A stretch of DNA of 63,070 bases, the filler included. It is 9 parts of 9 records of this genome, joined end to end, with 100 filler letters (N's around TTAATTAATTAA, not from the genome) between each part and the next. Parts side by side here need not be neighbours in the genome. Positions count along the whole stretch, not along the records: positions 50,290 to 57,751 come from SRR31147125_19500; positions 57,852 to 63,070 come from SRR31147125_19601; 7 more parts are not named here. One strand, given 5' to 3'. This document shows, in pieces, positions 53,499 through 61,534 of the stretch. The notes under the pieces are model-generated. The model did not search any database. It saw nothing but the letters and a program-made list of their open reading frames with translations, and had not been told where the DNA came from. The position numbers and the translations under genes were made by a program. Each line of letters opens with the position of its first letter. The stretch's first letter is position 1.

Positions 53499-53507
53499 GA
53501 AAAAATA

Positions 53508-53593
53508 AACCACGAATCACAGCAAATGCACGGAGAATTAAACCACGAAAAGCACGAACTAAAACGTTCGTGTCGTTCATGTTTTTTGTGGTT
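53508..53593. repeat. nonamer palindrome unit C (degenerate, doubled left arm)
   Basis: AACCACGAAT...; AACCACGAAAAGCACGAAC...GTTCGTGTCGTTCATGTTTTTTGTGGTT. Confidence 0.8.
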
Positions 53594-53610
53594 ACAAAAG
53601 AGGGATACCA

Positions 53611-55660
53611 ATGGAAAAGCTGGAGATGCACACCCCTGATTTAGTGAATAGAAACAAGGAACAACTTGCTAAACTATTCCCGCATATCATGACTGAAACT
53701 TGGGATAAAAACGGCAACATAAAAAAAGCAATCGATTTTGACCTGTTAAAGCAGGCTCTATCCGAAGATCTGGTGGAAGACGAAGACGAACGCTACCGCC
53801 TGGACTGGCCTGGTAAAAAAGCCTCGCTGTTAAAGGCCAATATGCCAATTAACAAAACATTAAGACCTGTAGTTGAAGAAAGTGTCCATTTTGAAAACGC
53901 AGAAAACCTTTTTATTGAAGGCGATAATTTTGAGGTATTGAAAATTCTGCAAGAGTCTTATCTTGGTAAAGTGAAGATGATCTATATTGATCCGCCTTAT
54001 AATACTGGTAATGATTTTATCTACAAAGATGATTTTAAAAAAGGTAATGGGGACTATGAAGAAGAAATCGGTGCGCGTGATGAAAACGGGAGCAAGCTCT
54101 TTAGAAATACCGATTCCAATGGCCGGTTTCATTCCGATTGGTTGAGTATGATGTATGAACGGCTTGTGATTGCCAGAGATTTGTTAAAAGAGGATGGGGT
54201 GATTTTTATTAGTATTGATGACAATGAAGTGGCTAATTTGAGAAAAATTTGTGATGAGGTTTTTGGGGAAGATAATTTTTTCTCTCAAATCATAATACGT
54301 GCTAATAGTAGAGGACAAACTTACAAACAGATTGCCAAAACTCATGAACATGTTTTAATATACACAATAAGTGAGGAAACGCAATTATCTGAATTAGAAA
54401 AGGATGAAATTAATAATGACTTGAATTATAATGATGAAATTGGAAATTTTAATATTCGTGAGTTAAGAAACCGCAATCCCAAATTTGGTAAACACAATCG
54501 ACCAAATTTGTTTTTTCCAATTTTTATTAATTCTAATATTAAAGATAAAGATGGATTCTCACCCCTTTCATTAACAGAATCTGAAAAATATACTATTAAA
54601 GTCGAGCCTATCAATTCTATGGGCAAGGAAAGTTGTTGGAGATGGGGGAAAAAATAAGTGCTTAAATAATATTTCTGAATATACCCTGGAAAGTAATTTA
54701 ATAGCTAAACAGAAAGGTGATGGAAATTATGGTATTTATGAAAAATACCGTAAAACCACCTATAAACCAAAATCAATATGGATGGATAATTCATTTTTGA
54801 CAGAAACAGGGACAGTAGAGGTGAAAAAAATTGGATTCCAGGATGAATTTGATTTTCCAAAGCCAGTTTCACTAATAAAAATGTTAACAACATTAGGTAG
54901 TAATATTAACTCAGACAACATTATTGTAGATTTCTTTTCAGGCTCCGCAACGACAGCCCACGCCGTCATGCAACTCAACGCTGAAGACGGTGGCAACCGT
55001 AAATTCATCATGGTGCAGCTGCCGGAAAAAACAGATGAAAAATCCGAAGCCTATAAGGCTGGCTATAAGACCATCGCGGACATTGGTAAAGAACGTATCC
55101 GTCGTGCGGGGAATAAGATTAAACACGAGTTTCTTGCCACATATCAATCAAAACTTGAACAATTAAAAGCCTATAATCAACTGAAACTCACTGATGATCA
55201 GAAAAATGAGAAACAAGAACTTTTTAAAAAAATAGAACATATAAAAAATCTGGATATTGGTTTTCGGGTTTATAAAACAGATTCGAGTAATATGAAAGAT
55301 GTTTATTATCACCCGACAGAGCTCGATCAAGAGCAACTCTTTATGATAGAGAGCAATATTAAAGAAGACAGGACTGCTGAGGATCTGTTGACCCAGGTTA
55401 TTCTTGATTTGGGATTGGAATTATCCCTGCCCATTGAGAAAAAAGAGTTTGCAGGAAATACCGTGTTTATTGTGCAGCACAACGCCCTTGTCGCTTGTTT
55501 CGATAAAGATATCAATTTTGACATTGTTGATGATATTGCCGACATAAAACCCTTCAAGGTCGTTTTTCGTGATGCCTGTTTTAAGGATGATAAAGACAGG
55601 ATTAATGTGGAAGAGCGATTTAAACGGCTTTCGCCTGAAACGGTTATTACGGTGATCTAA
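53611..55660 (+). CDS. mod: type III restriction-modification methyltransferase (frameshift at G5A6 near 54650)
   Basis: LDWPGK, IEGDN, IYIDPPYNTG, HSDWLSMMYERL; second half FPKP, DFFSGSATT, RKFIMVQL. Confidence 0.93.
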
Positions 55661-55683
55661 GGCAAGTCACAGAACAAATAATA

Positions 55684-55760
55684 AACCACGAAAAACACGA
55701 AAAGCACGAAAAAAGAACAAGGACCAAAAAGTAAAAATCCTGTTCGTGTCTTTCGTGGTT
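55684..55760. repeat. nonamer palindrome unit D
   Basis: AACCACGAAAAACACGAAAAGCACGAAA...TTCGTGTCTTTCGTGGTT. Confidence 0.92.
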
Positions 55761-55819
55761 TAAAATGGTGGGGTATGGAGTAATAAAGACTGAGAAAAAT
55801 CAAAGATTATAAAAAATTT

Positions 55820-55873
55820 AATCATAAAGCGTGAAAAATGTTCTTTTTCGTGTCTTTCGTGCCTTTCGTGGTT
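55820..55873. repeat. nonamer palindrome unit E (left arm eroded)
   Basis: Intact right arm TTTCGTGTCTTTCGTGCCTTTCGTGGTT. Confidence 0.85.
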
Positions 55874-55931
55874 CAATTTGGTGGGGTATGGGATGATAAA
55901 GATTGGATAAATGTCAGAGTATAAGATAATA

Positions 55932-56010
55932 AACCACGAAAAACACTAAAAACACGAAAAATGAAAAAGAGAAAAAAGCCATGTTCGTGTCTTTCGTGCC
56001 TTTCGTGGTT
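55932..56010. repeat. nonamer palindrome unit F
   Basis: AACCACGAAAAACACTAAAAACACGAAA...TTCGTGTCTTTCGTGCCTTTCGTGGTT. Confidence 0.92.
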
Positions 56011-56026
56011 TAAGAAGGAGGGGAAA

Positions 56027-56404
56027 ATGTCAGATATTATCTACAAAGAAGAGAGTTATGAAATTCAGGGAGCCATATTTGAGGTTTATAAAGAGATGGG
56101 CAGTGGTTTTCTAGAGGCGGTTTATCAGGAATGTTTGGAAAAAGAAATGAAACTGCAACACATTCCATTTATATCGCAACCGATATTGGATTTGCGGTAT
56201 AAAGGTGAAAAACTAGACCAAACATACAAGCCGGATCTGATTTGTTATAATGAAATTATCGTTGAATTAAAAGCAGTCAGAACAATAGCTCCTGAACATA
56301 AAGCTCAACTGATAAACTATTTAAAAGCAACAAATTTAAAATTGGGGATCCTTGTTAATTTTGGTGCACACCCAAAAGCAGAGATCACAAGATTGGTTCG
56401 ATGA
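56027..56404 (+). CDS. GxxExxY protein (PD-(D/E)XK-like nuclease family), 125 aa
   Basis: GSGFLEAVY, KPDL..IIVELKAV, AQLINYLKAT, GILVNFG; RBS AAGGAGGGG then ATG 56027. Confidence 0.95.
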   Translation: MSDIIYKEESYEIQGAIFEVYKEMGSGFLEAVYQECLEKEMKLQHIPFISQPILDLRYKGEKLDQTYKPDLICYNEIIVELKAVRTIAPEHKAQLINYLKATNLKLGILVNFGAHPKAEITRLVR

Positions 56405-56426
56405 ACCTCTAATCACTGAAAAAAAC

Positions 56427-56505
56427 AACCACCAACAACACGAAAAGCACGAAAAAAGAAAAGGATAAAAAAGCCATGTTCGTGTTTTTCGTGCCTTTCG
56501 TGGTT
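56427..56505. repeat. nonamer palindrome unit G
   Basis: AACCACCAACAACACGAAAAGCACGAAA...TTCGTGTTTTTCGTGCCTTTCGTGGTT. Confidence 0.92.
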
Positions 56506-56522
56506 AAATATAAAGGCATAAC

Positions 56523-57751
56523 ATGAAATTAAAATTTAAAAACCAGCAATACCAGACTGATGCAACCATGGCTGTTGTCAATTGCCTTGCCGGTCAAACC
56601 AAAGGATTTCGCAAAGAACTTGTCGGTCGGACTGGCTTGATAACCGATGAGATTTTTTCCAATAAAAAGCTGGAACTTGAAAAAGCCGATATTCTCAAAA
56701 ATGTCCAGGAAGTACAAAGAGAACAGGGACTTAAGACCAGTGACAGACTAGATAACCTTAATTTCGCCATTGAAATGGAAACTGGCACAGGTAAGACGTA
56801 TGTCTATACCAAAACCATGTACGAGCTCTATAAAGAATATGGCTGGAGCAAGTTTATTATCATGGTGCCGTCTGTGGCTATTCGTGAGGGTGTGCACAAA
56901 TCACTGCAGATTACAGCAGACCACTTTCAGGAAATTTACGGCAAAAAAATTCGCTTTTTCATTTATAACACCAAAAATAAATCCAATCTGGTCAATATAA
57001 AGAGCTTTGCCAATACGGCGAATATTGAAGTCATCATCATGAACTATCAGGCCTTTGCCACACGCAGCAAAGAGTCGCGAAAAATTTATCAAAAGCTTGA
57101 TGTGATACAATCTGAAAAACCTATAGATATTATCAAACGAGCACGACCCATTTTAATCATCGATGAACCACAGCGTTTTGGCGATAAAGCCGAATCGCTG
57201 TTGCCTGAATTTAATCCGCTTTTTATTATACTTTACTCAGCCACCCATAAAGAAGAGTACAATAAAGCCACCCATAAAAAAAGGTATAATAAAATTTATC
57301 GGCTTGATGCTATTGATGCCTTTAACCAAAAACTGGTCAAAAAAATCAATGTCAGAGGAATTGAAGTGGTTGGTAACAGCGGTACAAACAGTTATCTTTT
57401 TTTGGACCGGATAAATATAGGCACGAATCACTTTCCCACCGCGAATATTGAATTTGAAGTTAGACAAAAGTCAGGTATTAAAAAGGTTATACGAACATTA
57501 CACGAAAAAGACGATTTATATCAGCTTTCAAATGAATTAGAGGAGTACAAAGACTTTATTGTCAAAGAAATAAACGGTTTAAAGAACAGGGTCACGTTCA
57601 CAAATGGTATTAAAATATGTGTCGGGCAAAGTATCGGCGAGGTGGATGCTGAGCATGTCAGACGTATCCAAATCAGAGAAGCAATAAGATCTCATCTGGA
57701 AAAAGAGAAATTTATGTACAAAAAGGGGATAAAAGTTCTGTCGCTCTTTTT
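56523..57751 (+). CDS. res: type III restriction endonuclease subunit (3' partial)
   Basis: MKLKF..QQYQ, IEMETGTGKTYVY, VPSVAIREGV, IIDEPQ, YSATH, GIKVLSLF. Confidence 0.95.
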
Positions 57752-57851
57752 NNNNNNNNNNNNNNNNNNNNNNNNNNNNNNNNNNNNNNNNNNNNTTAAT
57801 TAATTAANNNNNNNNNNNNNNNNNNNNNNNNNNNNNNNNNNNNNNNNNNNN
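57752..57851. other. artificial contig linker
   Basis: N44-TTAATTAATTAA-N44. Confidence 0.99.
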
Positions 57852-58702
57852 GAAAATCCTCGAACCAATGAGCGTGGGGTTCTTCATATAAAAAATTTTC
57901 TGCCGTTTTACGGTTTCTTGTATCAGGTCCTCTGCCACGGTCATTATAAAAGAAAAGTAGAGTTCGAAACAAACATATCAGCCTTGATCAGGTCTCTGCA
58001 ATAAAAATATTCAACGGAGTGAAATTTCAATACATGGTAGGGACTTGGTTTTGAAGATTCTGCTCATTACCCTCACTTCCGGTCACCTTCCATGGATGGA
58101 TCGGGGGAGTATGGGGGAATTTACTTCGGATCCATTCCAAACACTGGATTGGTTTGAAAATTATTGAAGAGATCGGCGTGCTGGTTCTGCATATGCTATG
58201 CCGCTTTGGTCGATTTCAATTCAGGAGGAATCCATTTTGATAGAATTCGGTCGAGGGATTTGTCGATGGGAGGCCGGGTATAGCTGTGGAGATAGGTATC
58301 GGCTTTATGTCCGGCACCGGCTTGAAAATTCTCGGTGTGAGCATCGCACAACATGTTGCTCCGGGACAACAGACCGTAGAGCTTGGCCAAAACACCCGAT
58401 GCAAATTCCATTGATCGGTCAATGGGAGCTGGGGTGCATTGTTCAGATACGGTTTGTTTGGGGTCAATGGTAATCTCCCACGCATTGATGCGGGATGTGG
58501 ATGATGCATCGTCGTTTGAGGCTCTCAATCCCGGAGGGGTTATTTCAAAGTCCTTCGCTTTATTGACTCAACCCGAAAAGATCGGGTTTCAATATGAACG
58601 TAAGCATAAGATGAACACGGATAAACAGAAAAAAATGAGTGCTTTCATCTTTCGTTGTGAGTATCTGCTCATGGAAGTTTATTAGTATATTTTGTATTTT
58701 AA

Positions 58703-58734
58703 TGTCTATACAAGGATAATTTTGTTCGTGTCAA
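58703..58734 (-). promoter_or_regulatory. HutC-type operator overlapping a divergent sigma70-like promoter
   Basis: Minus strand TTGACA-N18-TATAGA containing TGTATAGACA. Confidence 0.55.
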
Positions 58735-58865
58735 GTAAAAATTTACATATGATGATTTTTATTTACTGTCAAAGAGGGGCGGAAATCTGGTTTTTGTTTG
58801 GCGAAATGTGGTCTATGCACTGGATTTCATTTTCACTGCTGTTTGTGTCGGCAATAAAACTGCAC

Positions 58866-58899
58866 TTGACATGTCGATCCTTTACTTGTAAATACAAGT
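58866..58899 (+). promoter_or_regulatory. hut promoter region with HutC operator
   Basis: TTGACA at 58866; palindrome ACTTGTA-AA-TACAAGT at 58884-58899 (TGTA-N2-TACA). Confidence 0.75.
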
Positions 58900-59077
58900 T
58901 AATACAATCCAGATAGGCAAAATGTCAATTTTAATGTGATATATAATGGTTAAATATTAAAGGGAACTAGGATGTCGGAGAGTGAAAATGAACTTCCGAT
59001 TGAGAGAATAAAAGTGCAAACATCTTCGACTTTTCCGGCCTCCTTGAAAACAGTTGCCTTTGGGCGATAGAGGAAAA

Positions 59078-60631
59078 ATGAGCGATATGTCGACGATTTT
59101 TCTGGATAAAGAGCGGATCACAAACGATGATCTCGTCAATGTGGCCCGGCACAACGCGGTGGCGGAATTTTCCGCCGAAGGTGAGGCCAGAGTGGAGAAG
59201 ACCAGCGCCCTGATTCGTCGCTGGATTGCAGAAGAGAAAGTCATTTACGGGATCACCACCGGATTCGGTGCCCTTTGTAATGTCACCATTCCGGAAAAAG
59301 ATACCCATCAACTCCAGGAAAATATCATCATGAGCCACGCGGCCGGCGTAGGAAATCCTTTGCCGGATGAGGTCTCACGAGCCGTCATGGCGCTGAGGAT
59401 CCACGATCTGTCACTGGGATACTCCGGCTGCCGCATGAAAACCATAAATCAAATGCTCGCGCTTCTCAATAAAGGGGTCACCCCCATCATTCCGGAGAAA
59501 GGGTCTGTGGGGTCCAGCGGTGATCTGGCTCCCACATCTCACATGGGGCTTGTTCTCATCGGTCGGGGGGAGGCAATCTATCAGGGAAAGCGGATACCCG
59601 GCGGAGAAGCACTTCAATTGGTCGGTCTCGCCCCCTTGAAGCTGGAAGGCGGCGAGGGGTTGGCGCTCATCAACGGTACCCAGGTGATGACCGCCATCGG
59701 TGCCCTGGTCGTCCACGATGCCGTTCGTCTCTCCAAAACCGCAGATATCGCTTGTGCCATGAGCCTCGAAGTACTCATGGGAAGCAATTCCGAGTTCGAT
59801 CCAAGGATTCATCAGGTCCGTCCCCATCCCGGTCAGATCGCAACAGCCGACAATATCCTAAGGCTGATCACCGGCAGTGAGCTCATCGATTCCCATAAGG
59901 GGTGCGCTCGGGTTCAGGACGCCTATACCTTGCGCTGCTCTCCCCAGATTCACGGTGCCAGCAAAGATGCCGTGGCCCATGCCATGCGGGTGATGGATAT
60001 CGAAATCAACGCCACCACCACCAACCCGCTCATCTTTTCGGACACCGAAGAGGTGCGCTTGGGCGGAAACTTCCACGGACAGCCCGTTGCCATGGCTGCC
60101 GATTATCTCTCAATGGGAATTGCCGAACTCGGCAGCGTTTCCGAGCGTCGGGTGGAGCGACTGGTCAACCCCCAGCTCAGCGATCTTCCGGCATTTTTGG
60201 TGAAAAACGGTGGACTCAATTCCGGTTACATGATTGCCCAATACGCGGCGGCGGCACTGGTTTCCGAAAACAAGGTTTTGGCCCATCCGGCGTGTGTGGA
60301 CTCCATTCCCACATCGGCCAACAAGGAAGATCATGTCAGCATGGGGACCATCGCTATCCGCCAGAGCCGGGAGATTCTGGACAATGTGGAGAACGTCGTG
60401 GCCATCGAACTCTTGTGCGCGGCCCAGGCATACGATCTCATCACCGAAGACAACCCCATGAAAGGGGGGCTTGGAACCCGGGTGGCCTATGGGGTGATCC
60501 GTCGACACGTTCCCTACCTTGAAAAGGATCGGGACATCTATCGTGATATCGAGACCATGACCGCTGTTCTCAGAAGCGGGGAGATTGTCAAGGCCGTCGA
60601 GAAAGCCGTGGGCGATCTTAAAGGAAATTGA
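59078..60631 (+). CDS. hutH: histidine ammonia-lyase
   Basis: YGITTGFG, MSHAAG, GSVGSSGDLAP, GLALINGT, VQDAYTLRC, GGNFHG, NKEDHVSMG. Confidence 0.95.
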   Translation: MSDMSTIFLDKERITNDDLVNVARHNAVAEFSAEGEARVEKTSALIRRWIAEEKVIYGITTGFGALCNVTIPEKDTHQLQENIIMSHAAGVGNPLPDEVSRAVMALRIHDLSLGYSGCRMKTINQMLALLNKGVTPIIPEKGSVGSSGDLAPTSHMGLVLIGRGEAIYQGKRIPGGEALQLVGLAPLKLEGGEGLALINGTQVMTAIGALVVHDAVRLSKTADIACAMSLEVLMGSNSEFDPRIHQVRPHPGQIATADNILRLITGSELIDSHKGCARVQDAYTLRCSPQIHGASKDAVAHAMRVMDIEINATTTNPLIFSDTEEVRLGGNFHGQPVAMAADYLSMGIAELGSVSERRVERLVNPQLSDLPAFLVKNGGLNSGYMIAQYAAAALVSENKVLAHPACVDSIPTSANKEDHVSMGTIAIRQSREILDNVENVVAIELLCAAQAYDLITEDNPMKGGLGTRVAYGVIRRHVPYLEKDRDIYRDIETMTAVLRSGEIVKAVEKAVGDLKGN

Positions 60632-60632
60632 T

Positions 60633-61373
60633 ATGACGCTGAAAGCACCCAAAGCACTGTACGAACAGGTTAAAGATCACATCATGTCCCATATTCAGTC
60701 GGGGGAGTGGACGCCGGATACCAAGATTCCGTCTGAAAATCAATTGGTCAAAGCCCTCTCCGTCTCTCGAATGACCGTCAACCGTGCCCTTCGAGAACTT
60801 ACGGAAAGCGGCTATCTAACCAGGATTCAGGGTGTCGGAACATATGTGGCCCATCCCAAGCCGGTGACGGAGCTGTTCCGGATTGTCAGTATCGATGAAG
60901 ATATCAAAAGCCGCGGCGGCGTTCATACCAGTGATGTGCATCTGCTTCAAAAGGAGGCTGCATTTCCGGAGCTGGCTGCGGCCATGGAAATTTTGCCGGG
61001 TACACCGGTCTATCACTCCATTATCGTCCATAAAAATAGTGGAAAACCGGTGATGTTGGCAGATCGGTATGTCAATCCTCTGTCCGCACCCGATTTTCTC
61101 AAGCAGGACTTTACCCGTATCACCCCCTCCAAATATCTTCTCAGTCTTGTTCCGGCCAGCGATGTCGAACACATTGTGGAGGCGGTGCTTCCCGATGAGA
61201 CGGAGCAGCAACTGCTTGAGATTTCTCCCAATGAACCGTGTCTGGTTCTTCACAGGCAGACCTGGGACGACCAAAAGCGGGTGGTGACTCACAGTCGAAT
61301 GACCTATCCCGGATCCAGTTACAGAATCGGGGGGCGTTTTAACCCCTTGTCCAATCGTCATACGCCTCAATAA
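60633..61373 (+). CDS. hutC: histidine utilization repressor (GntR/UTRA)
   Basis: IPSENQL..VSRMTVNRALREL..RIQGVGTYV; UTRA domain; sits within the hut operon. Confidence 0.93.
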   Translation: MTLKAPKALYEQVKDHIMSHIQSGEWTPDTKIPSENQLVKALSVSRMTVNRALRELTESGYLTRIQGVGTYVAHPKPVTELFRIVSIDEDIKSRGGVHTSDVHLLQKEAAFPELAAAMEILPGTPVYHSIIVHKNSGKPVMLADRYVNPLSAPDFLKQDFTRITPSKYLLSLVPASDVEHIVEAVLPDETEQQLLEISPNEPCLVLHRQTWDDQKRVVTHSRMTYPGSSYRIGGRFNPLSNRHTPQ

Positions 61374-61534
61374 CGGTCATATTGGGATGGGCGGAACCAA
61401 CACCCCTTGAAAGTCGATTGTGGGTTCCATGGATAATTGTTTAGATGAATGTTTCGATCCGGGGACGGATGTCAAATTGTTCTCGGTCATGAAGTGTCTG
61501 TCGACTCTCCGTAAATATTCAAGGAAATAGAACA

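Noticed and set aside
55961-56026. Cys-rich N-terminal extension (PCSCLSCLSW) on the GxxExxY protein
   Set aside because: It is the translated right arm of palindrome F; the strong RBS points to ATG 56027.
52628-56505. CRISPR array interpretation of the CACGAAA repeats
   Set aside because: Units vary in length, intervening sequences are conserved rather than unique, copies are spread between genes, and there are no cas genes.
52628-56505. Integron attC cassette array
   Set aside because: AAC...GTT ends are suggestive, but RYYYAAC/GTTRRRY boxes are mostly not met, the internal 9-bp tandem structure is unlike attC, and no intI is on the contig.
6217-57851. TTAATTAATTAA repeats and cross-contig neighbourhoods such as hsdR next to flgK
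   Set aside because: Artificial linkers; GC content and taxonomy change at each one.
58608-58668. GATGAACACGGATAAACAGA as another nonamer-palindrome relic
   Set aside because: Only one weak arm and no convincing inverted partner.
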